From an uncultured Gammaproteobacteria bacterium (GTDB taxonomy: Bacteria; Pseudomonadota; Gammaproteobacteria; Magnimaribacterales; D2472): DNA of 64,000 bases. Positions 29,125-38,901 of this stretch are shown here, one piece after another (position 1 is the stretch's first letter; the number at the start of each line of letters is the position of its first letter). A model generated the notes under the pieces. The model did no database searches. It worked only from the letters and a program-made list of their open reading frames with translations, and had not been told where the DNA came from. A program made the translations under genes and the position numbers. The stretch lies in NCBI GenBank assembly GCA_964417685.1, contig CAYQIT010000001.1:81157-145156 (forward strand). Direction: 5' to 3'.

Positions 29125-30044
29125 AACTGACTAGTGCTTAGCCTTTTACAAACTTCATTATATTCAGAAATAGTAGTGTTAATTATTTCATCAACACTTT
29201 TAACTTTATCTATTAAACCAACAGATTGACCTGAAAGAGCTGGCGCTGCATTCATATCACCACCAAAATATAGATCTTTTATTTTCATGAGTGCTGACAT
29301 GTCCATTACACCCTCTTCATCTATTTTGTTGGTCAAGTCAGTTTTAATCGCTCTAATAACTGGTTTAGATTTTTTATTTAATATAAGAGTTCCATCAATT
29401 GGAGAGTTGATTATTGAGTCTTTAAAATTAGAATGAACAGGTGACTCTTTGCTTGAAACAAATCGTGTGCCCATTTGAATACCATCAGCACCAGCAGCTA
29501 TTGCAGAAGCCATTCCAATACCATCAACAATCCCACCTGCTGCTATGAGAGGTAAATCAATCTCTTTTTTTATAGCTTGAATTAAAACAGTTAACCCTAC
29601 CTCGATTGGGCTTTTAAACCCCCCTCCTTCAGTTCCCTCAACAACAAGGCCATCAACACCTGCATTATAAGCTTTAATTGCACCATCAAGACTAGGAACA
29701 GCATGGTAGACTTTTATACCAGCATCTTTGAGAACGTTAACGTATTTTGTTGGATCTCCTGCTGATGTTGTTACAAATTTAACACCATGGTCAACACAGT
29801 ACTTAACCATAGAATCATCTTTTAAGAATAAAAGAGGTAGGTTTACTCCAAATGGTTTGTCTGTAAGGGATGACATCTTTGCAATTTCAGATTTACAAAT
29901 ATCTACTTCACCGGATGAGGTTTCAATAATTCCTAAACCTCCGGCATTTGATACAGCTGATGCTAGCTGACTTCTAGCAATCCAGCCCATAGGAGCTTGG
30001 ATAATTGGAAATTTAACACCTGAATCTTTTAAGAATTTATTCAT
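29121..30044 (-). CDS. nitronate monooxygenase / 2-nitropropane dioxygenase (NMO, FMN-dependent) family protein
   Basis: N-terminus FPIIQAPMGWIA, plus GGIVDG and IQMGTRF segments typical of the NMO/FabK-like TIM-barrel family. Confidence 0.85.
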   Translation of the reverse strand: MNKFLKDSGVKFPIIQAPMGWIARSQLASAVSNAGGLGIIETSSGEVDICKSEIAKMSSLTDKPFGVNLPLLFLKDDSMVKYCVDHGVKFVTTSAGDPTKYVNVLKDAGIKVYHAVPSLDGAIKAYNAGVDGLVVEGTEGGGFKSPIEVGLTVLIQAIKKEIDLPLIAAGGIVDGIGMASAIAAGADGIQMGTRFVSSKESPVHSNFKDSIINSPIDGTLILNKKSKPVIRAIKTDLTNKIDEEGVMDMSALMKIKDLYFGGDMNAAPALSGQSVGLIDKVKSVDEIINTTISEYNEVCKRLSTSQF

Positions 30045-30106
30045 ATGGTTATTTTATATATTGAAAATATTTAGTAAAACTCTATTAATGCACAATGATT
30101 GAGTAA

Positions 30107-30628
30107 TTATCTAATGCTTTTATGAAAACCTGTGTAGTCTGCTTCAGATTTTTGATAATCCAAAGAGCTGGCATCTCCATAAATTTCAGCTTCAAACCAA
30201 TCTATAAATGACTGATCTCTGGTTATTTTCCAAAAATCCCAAACAGTTCTTGCAAGAGCAGTCTTGAAAGTACCAAGCTTTAAAGCATTCATTCGAACTT
30301 CTAGATGTTTTTTATCGACGAAATTATTTTCAACTTTCTCATATACATCAAATATATCAACCAGAGTGGTTATTAAAAACATAGTAACCCTCACCCTTTC
30401 TCTATCTGATAATTCCCCAGACCAATCTTTTGATAAAAATTCACTGAATTCACCATCTTTGGATGAAGCAAAATACCTTTCGTATTGTCGTTGGGTGAGA
30501 GAGTGGCCAAATTGGGCTTTTGTAATTTCATTCTGTTGGTGTATTTGAATACCAAGATATACAACCGAAACAACAACACCTAGTGCAGCAATGATTTGTA
30601 CAATTAAAATTATAATTTCGTTATTCAT
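30107..30628 (-). CDS. hypothetical protein with a single N-terminal TM anchor
   Basis: 173-aa ORF lying 4 nt downstream of the preceding gene on the same strand. I recognise no family. Confidence 0.5.
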   Translation of the reverse strand: MNNEIIILIVQIIAALGVVVSVVYLGIQIHQQNEITKAQFGHSLTQRQYERYFASSKDGEFSEFLSKDWSGELSDRERVRVTMFLITTLVDIFDVYEKVENNFVDKKHLEVRMNALKLGTFKTALARTVWDFWKITRDQSFIDWFEAEIYGDASSLDYQKSEADYTGFHKSIR

Positions 30629-30632
30629 ACTA

Positions 30633-31355
30633 TTAGCTTATTACAAATTTCATCATAGCATCATAATATGGCCTTAATTCATCAGATATTTTTTTTGCAT
30701 CCTTGGAGAGTTTAATAGATTTTGTGGTGTTTCTAGAGAACCCTGTTGTTGTCATTACTGATGGATACCAATACTTTGCCCAGACTCCATCGGAATCTCT
30801 TAAACCAGATTTCCATGAAAGCATTCTTGAATCCCATGGAATACCTATAGTTAAACACAATTTCTTTAATACATGCTCTGGATTGTCTAATAATATAGAT
30901 GCATCAATAACAGGACATATTCCGTTTAAGTTAGAGATTAAGTTAAATATCTTAAGTTGTTGTTTGTAACCTAAATCCATTGGATTAGCACCATTCCATT
31001 TATTCAAAAAACTCGCAGTAACTAGGTCAGGATCTCTAATTAAAAAACAATTAATTGAATTAAATGTCCATTCTAGTGAATCAAAATCATAAATATGTTG
31101 TGACATATGTTTTTGATAGACATAACCATCAACATATTCGTTTTTACAAAATTTTTCGACTTCTTTGTAGTTTGTTTCCATCGAATTGATAACATCCTGT
31201 TTAAGCGGATGGTTTTTATTGAATCTTTTTAAAAAGGCTCCATAAAATGGCTCATCAATAACTTTGATTACATCTTGCCTATTCTCAAAACTTCTCATCA
31301 TTGCAGTTGAAAGGTTTCGCGGCCCAGACCACATAGCAATGATATTATTTTTCAT
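30633..31355 (-). CDS. sulfotransferase-fold (P-loop) protein of unknown substrate
   Basis: WSGPRNLSTAMM resembles a 5'-PSB loop and FLIRDPDLVTAS resembles a 3'-PB motif of PAPS-dependent sulfotransferases. Its start forms a TAATG overlap with the upstream aminotransferase stop. Confidence 0.55.
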   Translation of the reverse strand: MKNNIIAMWSGPRNLSTAMMRSFENRQDVIKVIDEPFYGAFLKRFNKNHPLKQDVINSMETNYKEVEKFCKNEYVDGYVYQKHMSQHIYDFDSLEWTFNSINCFLIRDPDLVTASFLNKWNGANPMDLGYKQQLKIFNLISNLNGICPVIDASILLDNPEHVLKKLCLTIGIPWDSRMLSWKSGLRDSDGVWAKYWYPSVMTTTGFSRNTTKSIKLSKDAKKISDELRPYYDAMMKFVIS

Positions 31356-32242
31356 TAATGAAGTTTTAAATATAGTTCTTTAAGTTTAATATTCATAGAA
31401 CCTGGATTCACTCCATCTCCTATTTGTCTACCATCTATGTTTATAACGTGTCTTAAAGATCCTAATGTTCCTGTTATGAAAGCCTCATCTGCCGAGTAAA
31501 CATCGACAAGTGAGAAATTTTTTTCATAAACTTTAATGTTATTGTTTTTGCATATATCTATAACTTTCTTTCTTGTAATACCATTCATACAGTAATCACC
31601 GCTACTGGTCCAAATCTCATTATTCTTTACAATAAAAAAATTGCACGAATTAGTGGTGTTAACAAAACCTAATGGATCAAGCATAAGTGCCTCATCTGCT
31701 CCATTTTTTTTAGCTTGGATACATGCAAGAATACAATTTAACTTTGAATGACTATTTAATTTTGGGTCTTGGCTCATAGGTAGTCCCCTTACCTGAGGGA
31801 CTGTAGCCAAGGTAATGCCTTCAGTTGGTTTAGCATCATCTGAATACTCCATTATGATTACAATTGAAGGCCCTTTAATTGATAAATTAGGTTGTTGGAA
31901 AGGTTTAATTTTCTCACCTCTAGTTATCATTAATCGAGCATGAGCATTATCATGCATACCATTAGCTAAACGAGTTTTCTCTAGAGCATAAATAATTTCT
32001 TCTTTTGATTTGTTTAAATTAATATCAATAGCCTTAAGTCCTTCAAATAATCTATCGATATGTTCATCCAAGAAAATCCATGATCCATTTACAAGCCTTA
32101 AGCCCTCCCAAATACCGTCACCCATAAGAAATCCGCTATCATAGACCGAAATTTTTGCATCATTTCTTTTAAATAACTCGCCATCTATATAGATAAGAAT
32201 ATCTTTATTTTTACTATAATGAGCTTGATTTTTATCGTTCAT
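31355..32242 (-). CDS. class IV (BCAT / D-amino-acid / ADC-lyase type) PLP aminotransferase
   Basis: 295 aa. Fold-type IV-like segments: DSGFLMGDGIWEGLR, the ARLMITRG region and AFITGT near the C-terminus. Confidence 0.8.
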   Translation of the reverse strand: MNDKNQAHYSKNKDILIYIDGELFKRNDAKISVYDSGFLMGDGIWEGLRLVNGSWIFLDEHIDRLFEGLKAIDINLNKSKEEIIYALEKTRLANGMHDNAHARLMITRGEKIKPFQQPNLSIKGPSIVIIMEYSDDAKPTEGITLATVPQVRGLPMSQDPKLNSHSKLNCILACIQAKKNGADEALMLDPLGFVNTTNSCNFFIVKNNEIWTSSGDYCMNGITRKKVIDICKNNNIKVYEKNFSLVDVYSADEAFITGTLGSLRHVINIDGRQIGDGVNPGSMNIKLKELYLKLH

Positions 32243-32358
32243 AATTAATTAATTTCTGTTTCATTACTTATTACATCGTTAAGTCCAGATACAGTCAATC
32301 AATATTTAATATTAATCAAGTATTAATAAAACCACTTTATTATGCTTAAATAATTGAC

Positions 32359-33231
32359 ATGAAATCTCTATCTTTAAAAATTGTAACCTTATGGTATGCA
32401 TTAGCATTAGTTGTTCCTTTATACATAAATCAAATTTATAGTCCGTTTTTGAACATATGGTTAGAAATTCTTTTCTTACATATCATTGCTACTGTAATTA
32501 TCTATATTGGTAGTATTATCCATAAAAATTCAAGCTTATATGACCCCTTTTGGTCTGTTGCACCAATACCAATAGTTTTATATTTTTGTTTACTTCATGA
32601 TACAAATATTTCCATTATTAATTCTTTATTGATAGCAATCCCAATACTAATTTGGGCCATAAGACTTACACGTAATTGGGCCATATCATGGCCAGGTTTT
32701 ATACATGAAGATTTTCGTTATGTTGATCTTAAAAAAGGTAATAAATTTAGATTAGAATTTATTAATTTTACCGGCATTCATCTTATACCAACCCTTCAAG
32801 TTAATGTATCGCTACTGCCTATATATTTTTTATTCACTAGTAACAATTTAGATAGTATTAGTTACCTGTTGTTATTTGCTAGTTCATTTTCAATTTTTGC
32901 TGTGATTATAGAGACTGTTGCTGATGAGCAAATGCGAGAATTTAGGAAAGATAAATTAAATAAAGGCAAAACTATGAATAAAGGCCTTTGGCGCCTATCA
33001 AGACATCCTAATTACTTTGGTGAGGTAATGTTTTGGGTTGGTCTATATCTTATGGCAATTCTTACTGTTGAAACACCTCTTTGGCTGTTGGTATCACCGG
33101 TATCTATGATAATGTTATTTGTCTTTATATCATGTCCTATGATGGATAATAGAAGCTTAAAAAATAGATATGATTATAAAGATTATATGGATACAACACC
33201 TCAGCTATTTTTGTGGTTTCCTAAAAAATAA
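32359..33231 (+). CDS. DUF1295 / steroid-5-alpha-reductase-like (ICMT-fold) membrane protein
   Basis: Polytopic. C-terminal motif WRLSRHPNYFGE is typical of this family. Confidence 0.7.
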   Translation: MKSLSLKIVTLWYALALVVPLYINQIYSPFLNIWLEILFLHIIATVIIYIGSIIHKNSSLYDPFWSVAPIPIVLYFCLLHDTNISIINSLLIAIPILIWAIRLTRNWAISWPGFIHEDFRYVDLKKGNKFRLEFINFTGIHLIPTLQVNVSLLPIYFLFTSNNLDSISYLLLFASSFSIFAVIIETVADEQMREFRKDKLNKGKTMNKGLWRLSRHPNYFGEVMFWVGLYLMAILTVETPLWLLVSPVSMIMLFVFISCPMMDNRSLKNRYDYKDYMDTTPQLFLWFPKK

Positions 33232-33233
33232 AC

Positions 33234-33263
33234 AAAAAAAAGCACCGACTGGCGGTGCTTTTT
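33234..33263. terminator. bidirectional rho-independent terminator
   Basis: A7 tract, then stem agcaccg/cggtgct (5-nt loop), then a T5 tract. It sits between the convergent stops at 33231 (+) and 33277 (-). Confidence 0.65.
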
Positions 33264-33276
33264 AATTCATGAATTA

Positions 33277-35919
33277 TTACAAAGTAATTTTAAATCCTAA
33301 GTAAGTCATTCTGCCTCTTGGATCATGATGTTTTGGATCATAACTAAAGTTTGCAGCATCATAGACAATAGGAGCTTTCTCATCTGCGGCATTATTAATA
33401 CCAGCAGACAATACTACGTTTGTATCACCTAGTTCCATATTGTATGTATATTTAAGATCAATAGTCTCAAATGCATCAATATCTTGAACAAATCCTCTAG
33501 CTGAAGCCGCAGCATCAAGAGCTCTAGTTGTTTCATATTCTGAAACCCATCTATATATAGCTGTAAGGTTGTGATTTCCATTTACTAGACTTGCAGTTAA
33601 TACAGATTTAGTTTCTGGTAAAGATCTTGCAAAATTATCATGGTTAAATAATCCAACAACATCTTTCATACCTCCAGCTCCATCAGGAATTTCATACTCA
33701 AGCATATGAGATGAAACAAATCCTAAGCTTGCCTGTCCATAAGCAGTATCGAAGTCGTATGTAGCTTCAAAATCAAGACCAGCAGCATCAACTTTTGCAG
33801 CATTAAAGTAACTTGTTGTTATACCAACAAGGTTTCCTTCAATTCTCTTAATATCAGGACCATTTGGATCTGCTATGATTTTTCCTTGAGCGCTTTCAAG
33901 TGTAATCACATCTTTATATGCAATTGTCCAGTAATCTACTGTCATTGATGTTTGCTCATTAGGTGTCCAAATAGCACCGATATTAAAGTTATCAGACTCT
34001 TCAGGGGTCAAGTCTGAATTATTTGCTACGGCTACTCTAATAAATGCTGTTGTACCTTTTGTAGTTCCATCAGCATTAAAGTCTTGGATACCTTGTAAAG
34101 AAACCAATGAAGAAGCCAATTGAACCAATGAAGCTTCTCTAAATGAAGTAGAGTATGAACCACGAAATACTAAATTATCAGATTGCTGATATCTTAAAGA
34201 CATTTTAGGATTAATTGTTGAATCAGAATCTAAGTTCTCATATCTAACAGCACCTTTGAATTGAACTTTATCAGAGAAATCTTTAGCACCTTCAACAAAA
34301 AATGCAGTTGAATCTCTTCTTGAGTCATTCTCAAGACCGCCACCTAAGAAAATTAGATCAGATTGTTGGGTAATACTTCCATCAGCACCGAATACAGCTT
34401 TTGATTCATCATTTCTAACAATTTTAAAAGCTTCGTTCTTGTATTGGAATCCTGCAGCAACATCCCAACCTTTTCTTTCGCCTGTTAGAACCACATCAAA
34501 AACTTGAAGTTTTGCATCTGACCATCTTTCTTCGCCAGATGAAATATAATCAATCAACTCTTGTGAGTTAGCAGATGGATCAAATAGGTTCCATGTTTGA
34601 TTACCACTTGGACCACCATTCCCTTTGATAGCAGCATCAAATCTTGATGTACTAGTATCAGGTTGAAATAAGTAGCTTGAATGTGTACTTTCGGTATAAC
34701 TAGCATCCCAGTTCATACCATTATCCAAAACACCATCAAAAGCCATTGATACTCTTGATGATTCATTTTCCCTTGGTGCCATTGGTGAATCAAAAGCTGA
34801 GCCTAAAGCTCTTCCTAACCATAATACTGGATAAGAGAATGGGCTAGCCCCTGTTCCAGGCATAATAGGTGCACCTAAGTATGATAAAGCTGGATATGAT
34901 GGAGATTGTGGGTTGTCGTTAACATTAACTTCAGATGAAAGATAATCTAACTGAAAACCAACACCATTAGATAAAGTTGTAGTTAAAGATGTGAATAGAT
35001 TTGAGTGATCTTCATCATTAACTAAGTTAAATCTATCTCCATAATAGAAGAAGCATCTTTGACCACCAGGTAAAGCAGGTGATGCAGCGTTAGCAAAATC
35101 AACCAAAATTCCTTTAGTAGCTGCACAGTTTGCATCAGGAATACTTTCGTAAATTGCATATGTACCAGCATATGGTCCGCTATCAACGGAAGTAAATGTA
35201 TCAGCTCCACCAGGTAAAACTAAGAAACTATTTCCTAAACTACTAATAGCTAACTGAGAGTATTCAGTGATTTCAGTACCAGCAATTGGAGATCTATTTA
35301 GCTCACTATAAGCAACAACTAAATTAGCATCATTTATCTCAGCACCCCACATGACGCTCACTCTGTCGTCAGTTTGATCGCCTAAGTCTGCTTTTTGTTG
35401 AGATACATTAACCTCTACGCCTGTAAAGTCTCTTCTTAAAATATAGTTAACAACACCAGCAACAGCATCAGAACCATATACAGAAGCAGCACCTTCTTTA
35501 AGCACCTCTACTCTTTCAAGAGCAGCAACAGGAATCATGTTTGTATCTACAAATACACTACCATCATTAGCTGTTTGAGCTGAAACAGTATTTCTTTTGC
35601 CGTCTATTAACACTAATGTTGATGACAGACCAAGACCTCTAAGGTTAACATTTGATGTTCCTTGTGTTGATCCAGAAGTAAATGAGTCAGCATTATTTTC
35701 TGCACCACTACTTGCTGTTAAGTTTCTAGTAATATCAGCTACAGTTGTTGCGCCGAGAAGCTCAATAGTATCTCTACTAATAATTTCTACAGGTGCAGCA
35801 CCATCAGTTGCACTACCTTTAATATATGAACCAGTTACTACAACCTCTTCCACTTCGTCTGCAAAAGAAATTCCAGTAAATAGAACTAATGAAAATAAAA
35901 ATGAACGAATTAATTTCAT
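33277..35919 (-). CDS. TonB-dependent outer-membrane receptor
   Basis: Signal peptide. Plug-domain motifs EEVVVTGSY and RVEVLKEGAASVYGSDAVAGVVNYILR. An 880-aa beta-barrel-type sequence with a strong AAGGGGGAG Shine-Dalgarno sequence. Confidence 0.9.
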   Translation of the reverse strand: MKLIRSFLFSLVLFTGISFADEVEEVVVTGSYIKGSATDGAAPVEIISRDTIELLGATTVADITRNLTASSGAENNADSFTSGSTQGTSNVNLRGLGLSSTLVLIDGKRNTVSAQTANDGSVFVDTNMIPVAALERVEVLKEGAASVYGSDAVAGVVNYILRRDFTGVEVNVSQQKADLGDQTDDRVSVMWGAEINDANLVVAYSELNRSPIAGTEITEYSQLAISSLGNSFLVLPGGADTFTSVDSGPYAGTYAIYESIPDANCAATKGILVDFANAASPALPGGQRCFFYYGDRFNLVNDEDHSNLFTSLTTTLSNGVGFQLDYLSSEVNVNDNPQSPSYPALSYLGAPIMPGTGASPFSYPVLWLGRALGSAFDSPMAPRENESSRVSMAFDGVLDNGMNWDASYTESTHSSYLFQPDTSTSRFDAAIKGNGGPSGNQTWNLFDPSANSQELIDYISSGEERWSDAKLQVFDVVLTGERKGWDVAAGFQYKNEAFKIVRNDESKAVFGADGSITQQSDLIFLGGGLENDSRRDSTAFFVEGAKDFSDKVQFKGAVRYENLDSDSTINPKMSLRYQQSDNLVFRGSYSTSFREASLVQLASSLVSLQGIQDFNADGTTKGTTAFIRVAVANNSDLTPEESDNFNIGAIWTPNEQTSMTVDYWTIAYKDVITLESAQGKIIADPNGPDIKRIEGNLVGITTSYFNAAKVDAAGLDFEATYDFDTAYGQASLGFVSSHMLEYEIPDGAGGMKDVVGLFNHDNFARSLPETKSVLTASLVNGNHNLTAIYRWVSEYETTRALDAAASARGFVQDIDAFETIDLKYTYNMELGDTNVVLSAGINNAADEKAPIVYDAANFSYDPKHHDPRGRMTYLGFKITL

Positions 35920-36080
35920 AATACTCCCCCTTGAGTTTGAAAATTAAAAATTCTTAAGCACTATAATCAGTACCTATATAGTGATTTTCCATAATATATG
36001 AATAATTACAATAGTATTGTGCATAAATGCCCAATTAAAATTTATATGCGGTTTTATAGTAATTAAAGGAAATTTATTAA

Positions 36081-37043
36081 TTAGCCTATAGTTTTTTCAG
36101 ATCTGTAATGCAAAAAGAAGAAATATGTAGCTATAGCACTTAATATATGCCAGATTCCATGAGCTTGAATAAGTGAATCCGGATTGCAGTTAGCATTATT
36201 AGGCACTCCAGTAAGCCATATAGCAAAAGCCGACATATATGCAATCATTCCAAGAAAATACCATCTATAGGTTCTTATACCTTTAGGTTTATTAATGGAT
36301 AATAATCCTGGAAGCCAGAATAACAATGTCCACCAATATTCATATGGATTAGAGGTGATATCAGACATAGTTGTACCAAAAAGAAATAGGACTGCAAACC
36401 CAACAAATCCTGACAAAAATCTATTAAGCGGAGACCAAAACTTATATAAAAATTCAGATATAACCCAAAGTCCTATAGAAGTACCAAATAAATTAAAGCC
36501 AATACCAAGATCCCAAGAAGTAAACCACCTCACTACAGAATAAACAACAACGATAAGAACATAGATATTTATAAACTTTGATAAGCTCCATCTTGCCATC
36601 AATGAAATGTTATATAGCCATGGGAAAATGATATACATTATCATGCTAAGGTTATCAGCCCAACCACCCCACTCAGTATTAGTACCATGCATTAACATAG
36701 ATCCAGGGCCAAGCCACCAAGCAGCAAATGCATAAATTAATGATATCGATGTAATACCAATAAAATTATTGTTTGGTGAGGTTGATTCATTCGATATAAT
36801 CCAGAATAAATACAAACCAATAATCATAAAACCTAGATTACTCAAAGTATTTACTGGCTCTCTAAAAGCTCCAGCACTCACTCTCTCACACCATCTTGAT
36901 GCCTCACCAATTAATGAGGTATCTGCAGATAGTATTAATCCAGCCAATCCAAGTAAATAAAAAATTATTAAAAATAAAAAAGATAAAACAACCATGAATC
37001 TAAATGGCTGGTTTGTGAATAATGAGATTAACTTAATAATCAA
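36081..37043 (-). CDS. alkaline-ceramidase-like (PF05875-type) integral membrane hydrolase, tentative
   Basis: Polytopic. WCERVSAGAFREPVNTLSN near the N-terminus and AHGIWHILSA near the C-terminus resemble the CE..EP.NT.SN and H..WH motifs of the ceramidase family (from memory). Confidence 0.45.
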   Translation of the reverse strand: MIIKLISLFTNQPFRFMVVLSFLFLIIFYLLGLAGLILSADTSLIGEASRWCERVSAGAFREPVNTLSNLGFMIIGLYLFWIISNESTSPNNNFIGITSISLIYAFAAWWLGPGSMLMHGTNTEWGGWADNLSMIMYIIFPWLYNISLMARWSLSKFINIYVLIVVVYSVVRWFTSWDLGIGFNLFGTSIGLWVISEFLYKFWSPLNRFLSGFVGFAVLFLFGTTMSDITSNPYEYWWTLLFWLPGLLSINKPKGIRTYRWYFLGMIAYMSAFAIWLTGVPNNANCNPDSLIQAHGIWHILSAIATYFFFLHYRSEKTIG

Positions 37044-37100
37044 TTTAAAAAAGATTTTATAAACATTTATTTATAATAACACCTGAATTCAGAAATAAAA

Positions 37101-37121
37101 AAAGGGCTAAAAGCCCTTTTT
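37101..37121 (-). terminator. rho-independent terminator downstream of etfA
   Basis: Stem aaagggc/gcccttt with a 5-nt loop, flanked by A and T tracts. It lies 19 nt past the etfA stop. Confidence 0.6.
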
Positions 37122-37139
37122 GAATATATATAGGTATGA

Positions 37140-38069
37140 TTAAAGCTTAGAGTCTAATTCAGGTAGCGCATTAAATAGATCTGCAACTAACCCATAATCT
37201 GCAACTTGAAATATTGGTGCATCCTCATCTTTATTGATCGCCACAATAACTTTAGAATCCTTCATACCAGCTAAATGTTGAATTGCTCCAGATATACCAA
37301 CAGCAATATATAGATCTGGTGCAACAATTTTGCCAGTTTGTCCAACCTGATAATCATTTGGAACAAAGCCTGCATCTACAGCAGCTCTTGAAGCACCAAC
37401 CGCAGCCCCAAGTTTATCAGCAATACTATCTAATAAATGGAAATTTTCACCAGATTGCATCCCTCTTCCACCAGAAATCACAATTTCTGCAGCAGTTAAT
37501 TCTGGTCTATCACTTTCAGCAAGCTCTTCTGAAACAAATTCACTAACGCCACAAGCATCAATGGCTGATAACGTATCAACAGGAATATTAGAATTGGCTT
37601 TTTCAACAGGATCAAAAGCAGTTGATCTAACAGTAATAACTTTTTTCTCATCTGATGATTTAACAGTAGCAATGCAACTACCAGCATAAATAGGTCTGTT
37701 AAACGTATCAGACGATTCAACTGAGATAATATCTGAAATTTGTTGAGTATCCATTTTTGCCGCTATTCTTGGCATCAAGTTTTTTCCAAAGGTTGTTGCA
37801 GGTGCAAGAATATATGTGTAATCAGAGACAATAGAGATCACTAGTTTTTCAACTTCTTCAGCTAATGAATTTTTATATAGCTCATTATCAACACTTATTA
37901 TTTTAGTAACGCCATTAAGTGATTGTGATTCTTCAACAACATTATTAGCTTCATGACCGGCAACAAGTAAATGAATCTCATCACCTATTTGTGTTGCGGC
38001 ATTTAAAGTATTTAATGTTGCTCCTTTAAGGTTTTTATTATCGTGTTCTGCTATTACTAAAATACTCAT
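37140..38069 (-). CDS. etfA: electron transfer flavoprotein subunit alpha
   Basis: FAD-binding signature [19 protein letters not shown]. 309 aa. Overlaps etfB by 4 nt. Confidence 0.93.
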   Translation of the reverse strand: MSILVIAEHDNKNLKGATLNTLNAATQIGDEIHLLVAGHEANNVVEESQSLNGVTKIISVDNELYKNSLAEEVEKLVISIVSDYTYILAPATTFGKNLMPRIAAKMDTQQISDIISVESSDTFNRPIYAGSCIATVKSSDEKKVITVRSTAFDPVEKANSNIPVDTLSAIDACGVSEFVSEELAESDRPELTAAEIVISGGRGMQSGENFHLLDSIADKLGAAVGASRAAVDAGFVPNDYQVGQTGKIVAPDLYIAVGISGAIQHLAGMKDSKVIVAINKDEDAPIFQVADYGLVADLFNALPELDSKL

Positions 38070-38818
38070 GAAATCACCTTTGCTTCGTTTTTAAGTTTAT
38101 CTACAAGCTCATCAACAGTCTCTACTATCACTCCAGCAGCTCTCGCCTCAGGAAGTTCTACTTTTAAAATTTCAGTTCTAGGGGATGAGTCAACACCAAG
38201 ATCATTAAGAGAAATAACTTTTAACTCTTTTTTCTTAGCTTTCATTATATTCGGCAATGAAGCATACCTAGGTTCATTTAATCTGAGATCTGTTGTAACT
38301 ATTGCTGGAACAGATAGTTTTAAGGTTTGAAGTCCGCCATCAATTTCTCGAGTAACAGATACAGAGTCATCTTCAATAATCAGTTCAGATGCGTTTGTCG
38401 CTTGTGGTAAATCAAGCAAGGATGCAAGCATTTGCCCTGTTTGATTATTATCACCATCAATAGCTTGTTTACCTAATATAATTAAATCAGGATTTTCTTC
38501 ATTCACTACCTTTGCAAGAGTTTTTGCTAAAGCTAAAGGTTCAAGTAAATCATCTGATTCAACTAATATGGCTCTATCAGCTCCTAAAGCTAAAGCTGTT
38601 CTTAATTGTTCTTGTGATTCAGTCTTACCAACAGTTATTGCAATAACTTCAGTTGCTTTGCCAGATTCTTTAATTCGAACGGCTTCTTCTAATGCAATCT
38701 CACAAAATGGATTGACTGACATTTTTACATTATTTAAATCAACATCTGAATTATCAGCAAGAGGTCTGACTTTAACGTTATAGTCAACCACTCTCTTAAT
38801 AGGAACTAGTATTTTCAT
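38066..38818 (-). CDS. etfB: electron transfer flavoprotein subunit beta
   Basis: N-terminus [18 protein letters not shown]. 250 aa. Confidence 0.93.
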   Translation of the reverse strand: MKILVPIKRVVDYNVKVRPLADNSDVDLNNVKMSVNPFCEIALEEAVRIKESGKATEVIAITVGKTESQEQLRTALALGADRAILVESDDLLEPLALAKTLAKVVNEENPDLIILGKQAIDGDNNQTGQMLASLLDLPQATNASELIIEDDSVSVTREIDGGLQTLKLSVPAIVTTDLRLNEPRYASLPNIMKAKKKELKVISLNDLGVDSSPRTEILKVELPEARAAGVIVETVDELVDKLKNEAKVIS

Positions 38819-38901
38819 AATTTTCTCTATATTTAGGGTTTTAACGGGCTATAATTGTAATGTCTTTTGTAAACATTTTACAGCATTAAGAGAGGTTAAT
38901 T

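Noticed and set aside
35920-36080. Riboswitch or Fur box ahead of the TonB-dependent receptor.
   Set aside because: The spacer is only 161 nt and very AT-rich. It lacks the conserved cobalamin or TPP riboswitch cores that I know, and it lacks a Fur-box-like 19-mer.
37283-37720. Gln/Leu-rich ORFs (37283-37546 on the plus strand, 37496-37720 on the minus strand) within etfA.
   Set aside because: These are low-complexity translations of alternative or antisense frames of a highly conserved gene. They are artefacts.
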